Positions 29,553-39,451 of a stretch of 64,000 nucleotides of DNA are shown in pieces. The notes beneath the pieces are model-generated. The model was not told where the DNA came from. It saw only the letters and a list, made by a program, of their open reading frames with translations, and did not search any database. The position numbers were made by a program, and so were the translations under genes. Source of the stretch: an uncultured bacterium (GTDB lineage: Bacteria; Fidelibacterota; Marinisomatia; Marinisomatales; UBA1611); assembly GCA_943788175.1 (NCBI GenBank), contig CALSPG010000005.1, forward strand, positions 480,001 to 544,000, written 5' to 3'. Position 1 is the first letter of the stretch, and every line of letters starts with the position of its first letter.

Positions 29553-29940
29553 GAGAGCAGTTATCAATCCTAACCTCTTCTAAAAGGTCATCATAACCGA
29601 GACATCGCCCTTTAATAGATATCTTGTCTGCTAGCTTTAATTTAGGGTCAATAGTTTGAGCAGGATTAAAAGAGCAAACGGTATTGCCATCGAGAATAAT
29701 CATATTAGAACTTATTTCTTTAATTGTTCCATTTATTAATAAGACTTTATCTAGAAAACTTGTATTAGCACTTGACACATCAAGCTGATACTTTTGAAAA
29801 AGTTCGGTGGATTGAATTGTGTACTCAAAAGAAGCTTTAACAAAATTTTTATGCGGCTTATTGAAGCTGAAGTAGACAATAGCAAAAATTACTACGGCAG
29901 AGAAAAAAGTAAATCCGATTAATATTTTTTTATTGTTCAT
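29539..29940 (-). CDS. Membrane-anchored OB-fold protein (tRNA_anti-like)
   Basis: N-terminal TM, ELFQKY...AN..FLDKVLLING, ISIKGRCLGYD...VRIDNC; ATG at 29940. Confidence 0.7.
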   Translation of the reverse strand: MNNKKILIGFTFFSAVVIFAIVYFSFNKPHKNFVKASFEYTIQSTELFQKYQLDVSSANTSFLDKVLLINGTIKEISSNMIILDGNTVCSFNPAQTIDPKLKLADKISIKGRCLGYDDLLEEVRIDNCSLMQN

Positions 29941-30018
29941 TATTGACAATTATAGTCATTGTCATGTTTATTGCTTACGTTTATATGCGGACAAATTAAA
30001 TAAATAAGTAGCAAACAT

Positions 30019-30366
30019 ATGAAAATAATAATTTATTTATTCCTTCTAATCGTAATGAGCTGTGAAACTAATATTGAATCCGATTATATAATATATGATT
30101 GTGCAGAAATGGAATTATTGTATGAAGAATCAGTTGCTCCAATATTAGCCAGTCAATGTACAGCCTGTCATTCAGCTTCTAATCAAAGTGGGAACCTTGC
30201 CTTGGATAGTTTTGATGCTGCAGTGGGTGGAATTATGAGTGGTAATGTAATTAGTAGAATAAATATGGAAGTATCAAACCCTCTTTTTATGCCGCTCGGA
30301 TCGGAAAAACTATCGCGACAGAGCATTGATGCTATACAAAATTTTGCAGAACAATTATGCCAGTAA
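30019..30366 (+). CDS. Monoheme c-type cytochrome lipoprotein
   Basis: Lipobox IVMSC, YEESVAPILASQCTACH (CxxCH), distal MP motif. Confidence 0.8.
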   Translation: MKIIIYLFLLIVMSCETNIESDYIIYDCAEMELLYEESVAPILASQCTACHSASNQSGNLALDSFDAAVGGIMSGNVISRINMEVSNPLFMPLGSEKLSRQSIDAIQNFAEQLCQ

Positions 30367-30377
30367 AAAGAATTAAT

Positions 30378-30914
30378 ATGAATAAGGTTTTTTTTATAAG
30401 CCTTCTGTTATCATCCCTATTTGCAAAGGATTTATATCTAACACGTTCTGGTAATATAGATTTTTTTTCTTCAACTCCTATTGAAGATATAAAAGCAATC
30501 AACAACCAGATTTCATGTGTGTTGGATAGAAACAATGGTCAATTTGCATTTCAAGTTCCGATAAAAGCTTTCACCTTTAAAAATGCTTTGATGCAGGAGC
30601 ACTTTAATGAGAGCTATCTTGAATCAGACGTGTACCCGAAAGCGGTATTTAAAGGCAAAGTATTAAGCTGGAACAATATTGAACTGTCAAAAGATTCATT
30701 AGAAGTTTTTATTGAAGGTGACTTAACAATGCATGGCCAAACGAATAAGATAAAGCAGTCTGGTGCAATGTGGCTGTCTTCTGACTTGATTAGAGGGGAA
30801 TGTGTTTTTAATGTTAATTTAGTAGATTACAATATAAAAGTGCCTAAGATTGTCAGAGAAAACATTGCTGAAATAATTAAAGTAAACGTAAGTGTAGAAC
30901 TAAAAAAGAAATGA
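30378..30914 (+). CDS. YceI-family protein
   Basis: FFSSTPIEDIKAIN, FKNALMQEHFNESYLESDVYPKAVFKG, GDLTMHG, DYNIKVP; the start at MNKV gives a signal peptide. Confidence 0.88.
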   Translation: MNKVFFISLLLSSLFAKDLYLTRSGNIDFFSSTPIEDIKAINNQISCVLDRNNGQFAFQVPIKAFTFKNALMQEHFNESYLESDVYPKAVFKGKVLSWNNIELSKDSLEVFIEGDLTMHGQTNKIKQSGAMWLSSDLIRGECVFNVNLVDYNIKVPKIVRENIAEIIKVNVSVELKKK

Positions 30915-31792
30915 AGTGTATATTTTTAATTTTTTTTATTTGTCTTTCATACAGCCAAGATGACCTTTTAGATATTCTGAACGATGTAGAGGTAAATGTC
31001 GAATATGTGCAATCAGCTTTTAAAGGGACGAGGGTTGCTAATGCGCAATCATTAGAAATCCCTGCGCCAAAAGTTCTGCAATTTATGATACAACATCGTT
31101 TTGGATCGATCGAAAATGGGTTCTATGACCTTTTTGGTACTGATTATGCAGCAATACGTTATGATTTTAGTTATGGATTTAATGATGTTCTTGCTTTAGG
31201 AGCAGGGAGAAGTAGTTTTGATAAAGTATATGATATGTTTCTTAAAACAAAATTAATAAGGCAATCTAAGGGCGTTAAAAATTTCCCTATTTCGGTTATT
31301 TTATTTAATGATATCGGAATTAAGACGAACCGTAAATCTGAACAAACACCCGCACTGAAAGAAAATTTTTCGAATCGTTTGCTCTACATAAATCAATTAA
31401 TCATTGGCAGAAAATTTAATCGCAATCTTTCGTTACAGGTTTTACCAACTGTCATACATAGAAACCTTGTTTTAACACCTAATGAGAAACATCAACTAGC
31501 TTCATTTGGATTTGCGGGCAGGTATAAGATCACGAACCAGTTTTCAATCAATGCAGATTATTTCATTCCATTAGAGGATCGAGATAGTAATTATAAAAAT
31601 AGCTTTGCTGTAGGTTTTGACTATGAAACTGGAGGGCATGTTTTTCAAGTAATGCTCTCCAATGCGCAAGGCCCATATGAATATACTTTTATAGAAAAGG
31701 CTAATGGCGATCCTTCATCAGGAAAACTGTATTTAGGCTTTAATATATCTAGAGCCTTTTCTTTTAAGGGGAATGACTCAGAAACCTGGTAG
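30911..31792 (+). CDS. DUF5777-family outer-membrane beta-barrel
   Basis: AFKGTRVAN, IQHRFG, ETGGHVFQ, LGFNISRAF. Confidence 0.8.
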   Translation: MKCIFLIFFICLSYSQDDLLDILNDVEVNVEYVQSAFKGTRVANAQSLEIPAPKVLQFMIQHRFGSIENGFYDLFGTDYAAIRYDFSYGFNDVLALGAGRSSFDKVYDMFLKTKLIRQSKGVKNFPISVILFNDIGIKTNRKSEQTPALKENFSNRLLYINQLIIGRKFNRNLSLQVLPTVIHRNLVLTPNEKHQLASFGFAGRYKITNQFSINADYFIPLEDRDSNYKNSFAVGFDYETGGHVFQVMLSNAQGPYEYTFIEKANGDPSSGKLYLGFNISRAFSFKGNDSETW

Positions 31793-31793
31793 T

Positions 31794-32198
31794 CTATAAA
31801 ATGAAAGATTTATCTAATCTTAACTTTTTAGATGTTCTATTGTAACCTAATATTCTTCCTTTAATTATAACAGTTTTACCTATAATTTTTTTGAAAAGAG
31901 TAGTATCTGCGTTTTCCATTTTACAGAATGTTGTTTTATCAATAATCAAGGTATCATTTTTAAAGGTATCTACTTGGCCAGAAAATGCAACAAACTGAAA
32001 ACGATAGTTTTCATTTGCAATATTAGGGTCCATTGCATATTCCCATTGAAGTGCACCTTTACTAAAAGTTTTTATTGGAATTTCATTCTCCCAATCAGGC
32101 CATATCTTCTCTTCAAATAATATAACCCAGAGAGCTAAAAATATAATTGGAATTAAGGGTTTTACCATTTTCCAAGTGTATTTGTATTGATCTATCAT
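31794..32198 (-). CDS. Membrane-anchored OB-fold-like hypothetical protein
   Basis: N-terminal TM; VIIKGRILGY...LRLDKS resembles ISIKGRCLGY...VRIDNC of the 29539-29940 protein. Confidence 0.6.
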   Translation of the reverse strand: MIDQYKYTWKMVKPLIPIIFLALWVILFEEKIWPDWENEIPIKTFSKGALQWEYAMDPNIANENYRFQFVAFSGQVDTFKNDTLIIDKTTFCKMENADTTLFKKIIGKTVIIKGRILGYNRTSKKLRLDKSFIL

Positions 32199-32256
32199 AT
32201 CAAATACACTCTCTTTTGGTCCATCGACTATTATAAAACGATTTTACAACAGTCAT

Positions 32257-32979
32257 TTATTTTGATGTTTTTGATAAAACATAATTAGTTAAATAATAAA
32301 AAAAGTAAAAATGAATTAGAGCTAAAATTGTTGCTACAATTAAATACCATGGCCATGGACCAAAAAAATCTAATATTGTTCCAACAGGGGGTTTCCCACA
32401 AATCCAAAAATAATTAGCGTTTAATAACAAGTTGATGGGAATTGTAATTGCAAAAAAAATAATGAGACTGAAAAAAGAAACATAAATACTCTTTTTATTC
32501 GGCCTCATATCGTAAACAAATGTAGCGTAAATAATTGCGATTATCATTAACTGATGACTAAGCCAATATCTTATAAAATGATAATGTGGGAAGCCTTGGG
32601 TAATATCTGGGGTTATAACGGCATGTATAACGGTTAGTCCCCAAAAAAAAACTATTTCATAAGCCAGTGGACTTCTATATACTAAAACAAAAAAAACCAA
32701 AATGTTAGCAGCCCGGCACAAATGGAAGGGCAGATGGAGTTTTATGCTGAATGTTCCGCCAGCAATTTCTAATAAAACCCAACTTAAATATGAAAACAAA
32801 ACCAAACTGCCTATAATAATTCCAACAGAGTGCTGCTGTTCTTCATTCAATCTAGTTTTAGCAAACAAAGGTATTGCGATACATAGTATTATGAAAACAA
32901 CGATAGAGACGAAATGATCTACTCCCATGAACTCAAAGGGAATCGTTTCATCGTACATATAATTAGAAATTAGAGTCAA
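32257..32979 (-). CDS. TIGR02206/YwaF-family integral membrane protein
   Basis: HLPFHLC, ITPD, FPHYHF, ANYFWI..KP...ILDFFGPWPWY. Confidence 0.82.
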   Translation of the reverse strand: MTLISNYMYDETIPFEFMGVDHFVSIVVFIILCIAIPLFAKTRLNEEQQHSVGIIIGSLVLFSYLSWVLLEIAGGTFSIKLHLPFHLCRAANILVFFVLVYRSPLAYEIVFFWGLTVIHAVITPDITQGFPHYHFIRYWLSHQLMIIAIIYATFVYDMRPNKKSIYVSFFSLIIFFAITIPINLLLNANYFWICGKPPVGTILDFFGPWPWYLIVATILALIHFYFFYYLTNYVLSKTSK

Positions 32980-33000
32980 TCCACTTTCCTTCTCTATTTT

Positions 33001-33807
33001 TCATTTATGTATTTTTTGGCATTTGCTACACACATGAGTTCCTCTACCAGCTACTTTAATTTTTTCAATAGTATTTGAGCACTTTATGCAAGGCGCGCCT
33101 TGTTTTCCAAATATTTTTAGTTCGTTAGAATAGTTTCCTGACTGCCCGTTTAAGAACGTAAAACTTATAAAGGTCGTTCCAAGCTGTTCAATAGATTCGC
33201 TTAATATTTCACGTATATTTTTGTGAAGAATTATAATTTTCTTTTTTGGGATATAACATGAAATTGAATTTGGGTGAATGTTACTAGCCCAAAGACTTTC
33301 GTCAACATATATGTTCCCCAGTCCCGAAAGGAATGATTGATCTAATAAAAGAGCTTTGATATTCCTTTTCCTACTTTTAAAGTTGGTTAATAACCACTCA
33401 CTAGTAAAATCATCTTCAAGAGGCTCGGGACCATGTTTTTCATTTATTAACATAAGATCATCGTATTTATAGATTCTCCCAAACTTTCTTGTATCTTCAA
33501 AAATTAATTTTTCACCACTTTCAAGCTCCATTATTGCGCTAGTATGCTTTGGTATATCAGTCCCTTCTAAAACATAAAGTTTCCCAGTCATTCTAAGATG
33601 CACTGCAATCAAAAATTTCTCAAAGTTAATGATGATAAACTTTGCTCTTCGAGTGACATCTAAAATCTTATTTCTACCTTTAATATCTTGATGATGAAAG
33701 TTATCTAATACTTTATCCCAAATTGGATTTATAGATAGTACATATTTACCAATCACATAGGGTTTAATATGATTTGCTACTGTTTGTACTTCTGGGAGCT
33801 CAGGCAT
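33001..33807 (-). CDS. mutM: Formamidopyrimidine-DNA glycosylase
   Basis: MPELPEV, HLRMTG, DTRKFG, LLDQS..SGLGNIYVDE, C-terminal CxxC...GRGT..CxxCQ zinc finger. Confidence 0.96.
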   Translation of the reverse strand: MPELPEVQTVANHIKPYVIGKYVLSINPIWDKVLDNFHHQDIKGRNKILDVTRRAKFIIINFEKFLIAVHLRMTGKLYVLEGTDIPKHTSAIMELESGEKLIFEDTRKFGRIYKYDDLMLINEKHGPEPLEDDFTSEWLLTNFKSRKRNIKALLLDQSFLSGLGNIYVDESLWASNIHPNSISCYIPKKKIIILHKNIREILSESIEQLGTTFISFTFLNGQSGNYSNELKIFGKQGAPCIKCSNTIEKIKVAGRGTHVCSKCQKIHK

Positions 33808-35029
33808 GGTTTTTAGAATTGAATATTACTTTTTTAAAATTTGAGTAATTGCTTATAATAACAGCTCCTATAAACGCTACAAAATAATGAGCACTTGCAA
33901 AATTCATACCTGCGTAGGGGGTTAAGTTCTCAGTAATCCACCCTGCTATTAACACACTAATTAACATCATCACTCTAGTGTAAACGCCAAAAATAGTTTG
34001 TACTCTGCCCATTATATTGTTTGGTATTATTTCCATAAAAAGAGTTCTTACAATTATTCTTGCTGAATTATTATATAGTCCCATCAAAAGATAAGCAATC
34101 CCAGCAATATAAATTGTTGGCGCAAATGGTGATATGAAACAGCACAACCCAGCTATGCTATAACACGCAATCAAAGATTTTCTCCGTCCAAATTTTTTAG
34201 TAAGTATTGCGACTGCAACTGTTGATATCAATGCTCCGAAACCATACATGCCATCCATTAGGCCATAACCCCAGCTGCCTTTATTAAAAATTTCTTTTGA
34301 TATAGTAATCGTTAGGACACTAAGTGCTCCCCAAATTGCTATGTCAGACATAATGGTTGTAAGACCAAGAAAAAGAACCCCCGCCTTGTCTTTTAAAAAT
34401 AAAAAGCCTTTCGATATTGCATTCAATATATTTTCAGAATTTTCTCTAGGGTTATTATTTTTAAACGGCGCGAGAGAAATAAAGATAGCAGAAATAAAAT
34501 AGGCCATAGCATTAAAATACAATGCAGCTATGGGGCCATAAATATGAACTATAAACCCGCCTGCGCTGGCACCAATTAATGAACCTACTTGATAGCTAGC
34601 GGATAATAATGCATTTGCCGGGAAATAATCTTTTTCATCTACCAACTCTTGGACAAATGCCTGAGCCGTTGGCCAAAAGAGTGAGTTGCCTAAACCCATT
34701 AACATCATAACAGGGTAAAGTACCAATAAATTAAAACCGTCGACTTTAAAGTTATAAATGAAAACTGCAAGGACTAATACTCTAAAAATATCTAGAATCA
34801 CTAAGAGCCATTTTCGATTAACTTTATCAATTATAACGCCAGCAAATAAGGCAAGAATTAAGCCAGGCGTTGTTGCAGCAGCCATGATTTTCCCAAGTGC
34901 AAATTCGGATCCGGTTTCTTCAAGTACAAGCCAGCTAAATGCAATTAAATTAAAACCAAATCCAATTAATGATATGATATTTCCAAGAAAAAATAATAAA
35001 AAAGTTTTATTTCTTAAAATATCCAGCAT
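33800..35029 (-). CDS. MFS transporter (H+ antiporter / macrolide-efflux-like)
   Basis: Multi-TM pattern, GVIIDKVNRK motif A, IPNNIMGRV. Confidence 0.85.
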   Translation of the reverse strand: MLDILRNKTFLLFFLGNIISLIGFGFNLIAFSWLVLEETGSEFALGKIMAAATTPGLILALFAGVIIDKVNRKWLLVILDIFRVLVLAVFIYNFKVDGFNLLVLYPVMMLMGLGNSLFWPTAQAFVQELVDEKDYFPANALLSASYQVGSLIGASAGGFIVHIYGPIAALYFNAMAYFISAIFISLAPFKNNNPRENSENILNAISKGFLFLKDKAGVLFLGLTTIMSDIAIWGALSVLTITISKEIFNKGSWGYGLMDGMYGFGALISTVAVAILTKKFGRRKSLIACYSIAGLCCFISPFAPTIYIAGIAYLLMGLYNNSARIIVRTLFMEIIPNNIMGRVQTIFGVYTRVMMLISVLIAGWITENLTPYAGMNFASAHYFVAFIGAVIISNYSNFKKVIFNSKNHA

Positions 35030-35149
35030 AAATAATCATAGGGTTTTATAATTTGATTTTTCCTCATTAAAGAGAGTCAATTGCAATTTAAATATGCATT
35101 AAATTAAAAACTTAAAACTTTAATTTTATAAATAATTAGGAATATTCTC

Positions 35150-36021
35150 GTGAATTCTAAGAGTGCCCTTTTAATGAATTGTTTTGTTACTTGTGTAGTC
35201 TCCAGCTTTATTTTTCCTTGCTATGAAGTTCAAAATAATTTTGTTCGATACAGTAGTAGCATTGGTCAGATAGCAAAAGATGGTGGACTTTTTGGGGTTT
35301 TATTACTCTGCGCTGGGTTATACATGTTTTACAACAGTCTTAAAAATTTAAAATTGAAGAGGCTGATTGAAAACGTTCCTACATCTAAAATGAGATCTGT
35401 TGCTATGGGTTTAGTTGAATTAAAAGGGAAGATAGAAGTTTCTGATAAAGTATTAGAAGACCCTTTTGATAAAAAAAAATGTGTTTTTTGGCGCGTGCAT
35501 ATTGAAGAGCGAGTAAAAAGAGGTAAGCATGGGAGATGGATTACAAGGCACAAAGCAAAGGGTCAAGTGCCTTTTTTTATTAGCGATGAGTCTGGCTCAG
35601 TATTAGTACAATTAGAAGGCGCAAATATGGATGAGGTGAAGGCGTGACAGTCAATATGAAACAGCTTTATTGTTTTCAGATAAATTGCCATTAAACGTTC
35701 GAAATTATTGTAATAAAAATAGAATTAGGTTTAGAGGGCTTTTTGGAGGGAAAAGAAGGATGCGCTGTAGAGTGACTTACTTAGAGCCTAATGACAATAT
35801 CTACGTTCTAGGTCATGCTAGGCCTTTACTACAAAAAGAAATAAAAAATTCAAAAAGCGCTACGGCTGCTATTGAATTGGTTAACAACAGCGTTTTCATT
35901 GTGAGTGACAAATCCGAAAAAGATCTAATTGAGGATAGAGGGCGGGCAATCTTGGGTTGTACCCTTAGGTATCATTTTTTCTGGATTAGGTCTAGGTTTA
36001 TTTTTGGATGTGTTCGGTTAG
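35150..36021 (+). CDS. GIDE-domain membrane protein (two +1 frameshifts in this sequence)
   Basis: IENVPTSKMRSVAMGLVELKG, VPFFISDESG, LEPNDNIYVLG. Removing one G at 35641-35642 and one at 35940-35942 gives one ORF ending in a TM helix and TAG at 36019-36021. Confidence 0.65.
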
Positions 36022-36034
36022 GGTTAAGTTTATT

Positions 36035-36404
36035 ATGTTCAAGAAAAGTTTTTATTTTTTAGTTTTTTTTCTTTTGAGTTGGATGCGAAGAGGAAAATAA
36101 TTTAACAGGTAGAACAAGCCATTAAATATTTAAACTGATGAAGCTGTTCTTTTTTTAGATGTTAGGACTCAGAATGAGTTTAACTATGATGGCAGTATAA
36201 AAAATGCGCTTCTTATTCCAGTAAATCAATTAGAAAAAAAACTAACAATGCTAGAGTATTACAAAGATAAAAAAATTATTGTTTATTGTAAGACAGGAAG
36301 AAGATCAAAGCTAGCTAACCGCATTTTTGAAAAAAAATAATTTTCAAGCTGTCACTATTCAAGGAGGGTTTTTGGCATGGGAAAAACATTCTAGATTAAA
36401 TTGA
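36035..36404 (+). pseudogene. Rhodanese-like domain protein (several frameshifts in this sequence)
   Basis: Fragments FLDVRTQNEF..GSIKNALLIPV..KKIIVYCKTGRRS and, in another frame, IQGGFLAWEK. Not on the ORF track. Confidence 0.7.
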
Positions 36405-36499
36405 AGATTGTCCGTATTTACCTGAAGCAAGTTTTTTGAAGAGAGGCTTACTTAATCAAAGTCGTAGATAATCCCCTAGTATCATCTGGGTTTATATTT

Positions 36500-37334
36500 A
36501 TGGTTTTAAGTGCAGCAAGTTTCTGCATGATGACAGTCTTTGTTAAGATGGCTGGAGAAACTCTGCCTACAATTCAGATTGTTTTTGTAAGGGGTCTTTT
36601 TACATTAGCACTTACCTGGATTTTTATATATCGCAAAAAAATAAAACCTTTCGGGAAACACAAAAAATTACTTGCAGCTAGAGGCCTTGCAGGTACACTT
36701 GCACTTTTTCTAGTTTATGAATCGATTAACCGTTTCCCTCTTTCTGAGGCGACTGTGATTCAATACCTATATCCTTTATTTACCGCAGTTTTTGCTGTTT
36801 TATTACTTTCAGAGCCAATAACTAAAAATATAATTATTGGTTTATGCTCTGGGTTTTTTGGTGTCTACTGCTTATTGGGCTTCCCAATTAGTATCGCAAA
36901 ACTCAATAGATATTATGAGTTTAATTTTAGCAGTAAGCGGAAGCATTTTGACAGGTCTAGCTTATGTTCTAGTTAAAAAAGCTACTAATTTAAATGAACA
37001 TCCCTTAGTGGTAATGTTCTTCTTCCCCCTTTTTACTGTTCCAGTATTCCTTCCTTTTATTTTTTCAAATTGGAATACTCCCTCAATTAAAGAGTGGTCG
37101 TATTTGATTCTGGTGGGTGTTTTTACTCAACTCGGACAATTGTTTTTAACCTATGGATATAAAGAATTGCCAGCTACAAAGGCGGCTCCAATTAGCTATG
37201 TCCAAGTATTATTTGCGACAATTATTGGTATATTTTTTTTTGATGAGATAATAGATATCAATTTTATAATAGGGTCTGTAATAGTACTTTTTTCTATTAA
37301 AATGGTTATTTCGAATGAGTTTAGTAAAAAATGA
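36500..37334 (+). CDS. DMT/EamA-family transporter (frameshift near 36883)
   Basis: Two overlapping ORFs carry the two EamA halves (FVRG...PLSEATVIQYLYPLF; GQLFLTYGYK..PATKAAPISY). Confidence 0.8.
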
Positions 37335-37416
37335 GTCCTCAATGAAAATTGTGGTTAAGAAAAAAATTAATTTGTATAGTTAAACAGAAATTATTGTTAA
37401 CAATTGGAGTAAATGA

Positions 37417-37608
37417 ATGGGTGAACGTAAGATTATTGAACATTTAGATATTTTCGAAGGGGAAAACAACGTGATGATTACCACAACTGTTAGTTGTGGC
37501 TTAGAGCTTGTTGATGCTGTAGATGATTATATCAAAGAGGGATTTACTGTCGTATCAAGTAGCAGTGGTGGCACAAATATTCAGGTTTATTTGGTTAAGC
37601 CTCTTTAA
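37417..37608 (+). CDS. Small hypothetical protein
   Basis: 63-aa ORF with GGAG RBS upstream, co-oriented with its neighbours. Confidence 0.6.
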   Translation: MGERKIIEHLDIFEGENNVMITTTVSCGLELVDAVDDYIKEGFTVVSSSSGGTNIQVYLVKPL

Positions 37609-37626
37609 AAACGGCTTCGCATTTAA

Positions 37627-39360
37627 ATGAATACATCCCGATTTTATCTGTTTCTAGTATTTTATGCTTTGGCGTTTGCTCAAGATGATCAGGTTATTAA
37701 ATATGAAGACCTCTTTGATAGAAACGGGTTGATGTATGCTCCAGACCAAGATACTAGTTTTACTGGTAATGTAAAGGCTATTTGGGCTAGTGGGATTAAT
37801 AAATTAGAATATAATTATGTCGATGGTAAGCCTGATGCAAAATGGAACAATTGGTATGAGACCGGTCAGCCTGAAAAGGAAATTGAATATCAATTAGGAA
37901 TTAAGAATGGCGTTCATAAGCAGTGGTATTCCAATGGCCAGCTAGAGTTTGAGAGAACTTATAAAGAAGGTATCCATGATGGGAAATGGACAGAGTGGTA
38001 TCAGAATGGCCAACTAATGGTCGAAGGTAACTTTTTAAATGGTAAGCCCGATGGTCTTTGGGTTTACTGGTATCCAAACGGGCAAAAAAGAGAGGAAGGG
38101 AATCCTGTAAGTAGCGATAGCTCTGGCCTAGCTTTTTTAAATGATGGAATTTGGAATTATTGGCATCCCAATGGGCAACTTAAAGAAACTGGGAACTATA
38201 TCAACGGCGAAAAAGATGGTCAATGGGTTGAATGGCATAGCAACGGGCAAACAAAGTTAAAAGAATCCTATAAAAACAATAAAAAAAATGGTAAATGGCT
38301 TTTATGGTATGATAATGGTCAAATTGAGGTTGAGGGTGATTACATAGATGGTGAAAAATCTGGTAAGTGGACAAATTGGTATCCTTGGGGGTGGCGCTCT
38401 TATGAGCTAAATAAAAAAGAAAGTGAATCTGCATTTATACTTTGGTTCGATGATCAACAAAAATCGAGCGAAGGTTTTTTTAAAAATAATCGAGAAGATA
38501 ATACTTGGGTTTGGTGGAGTCGAGAAGGGATGCTTGATAGTTCGGGAGTATTTGATAAAGGCCAAAGGTCTGGGAAATGGACATTCAGAGATTCTGAGGC
38601 GAACAAACAATTAGAAGGTAGATACGAGAATGGTTTGCTATCAAACCTGATTGCTGTATCGGCACTGAATGACTTTGATCCAAAAAAAGATCAATATGAC
38701 GTTATTGATAGAGAATGGACAGAGTGGTATTCGAATGGTGAAAAAAGAGTACAGGTTATTTACGAGTCGGGCGGTGAAGGTAAACTAGGTAAAGGCAGTG
38801 GCACTTGGAATCTTTGGTTTGAGAATGGCAATGAAAAATTATCTCAGTCATATGTAAATGGAAAAGAAGAAGGGACTTGGAGTGAGTGGTTCGAATCAGG
38901 AGCAAATAAAAAAGAATATAACTGGTCAAGCGGAAGCCTAAACGGCAAGTATACGGAATGGTATGAAAGCGGGCAAGAGAAAATAGAAGGCGAGTATTTG
39001 GAAGGGGCTAAGGTTGGTTCTTGGACAGAGTATTTTGTTAATGGTGAAAAAAAATCAGTTGAATCATATGAAGAGGGTCTTCCTAGTGGGGAATGGACTG
39101 AGTGGTATGCTAATAGCAATTCAAAGCAAGAAGCAAATTGGGAAAGTGGAGTGCTAACAGGTAAATGGACGGAGTGGTATTCCGATGGACAAAAAAGTAT
39201 TGAAGGTGAAGTTGAAGAAGGTCTGGCTATTGGTAAATGGATAGAGTGGTATGCTGATGGAACGAAAAGTTTTGAAGGCACTCCAAAGAGGTCTGTAGAA
39301 AAGGAAAGATGGACAAAGTGGAATGAAAAAATCCAAAATTCTATTGATTCAAAAAAGTAA
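37627..39360 (+). CDS. Secreted MORN-variant repeat protein (YwqK-like)
   Basis: Signal peptide and many G.W.EWY.NGQ...EG.Y..G repeats. Confidence 0.85.
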   Translation: MNTSRFYLFLVFYALAFAQDDQVIKYEDLFDRNGLMYAPDQDTSFTGNVKAIWASGINKLEYNYVDGKPDAKWNNWYETGQPEKEIEYQLGIKNGVHKQWYSNGQLEFERTYKEGIHDGKWTEWYQNGQLMVEGNFLNGKPDGLWVYWYPNGQKREEGNPVSSDSSGLAFLNDGIWNYWHPNGQLKETGNYINGEKDGQWVEWHSNGQTKLKESYKNNKKNGKWLLWYDNGQIEVEGDYIDGEKSGKWTNWYPWGWRSYELNKKESESAFILWFDDQQKSSEGFFKNNREDNTWVWWSREGMLDSSGVFDKGQRSGKWTFRDSEANKQLEGRYENGLLSNLIAVSALNDFDPKKDQYDVIDREWTEWYSNGEKRVQVIYESGGEGKLGKGSGTWNLWFENGNEKLSQSYVNGKEEGTWSEWFESGANKKEYNWSSGSLNGKYTEWYESGQEKIEGEYLEGAKVGSWTEYFVNGEKKSVESYEEGLPSGEWTEWYANSNSKQEANWESGVLTGKWTEWYSDGQKSIEGEVEEGLAIGKWIEWYADGTKSFEGTPKRSVEKERWTKWNEKIQNSIDSKK

Positions 39361-39451
39361 TTTTTGTTTTAAAGTGGTTTAAATTATTATTAACTATGTG
39401 GTATACTTGTAAATGCTTGCATAAATTCCTCGCCTTAGAAAAGGAAATAAA

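Noticed and set aside
37627-39360. Toxin-antitoxin system or DNA repeat array
   Set aside because: The repeats are protein-level MORN-like units with divergent codons; the protein has a signal peptide and no toxin is adjacent.
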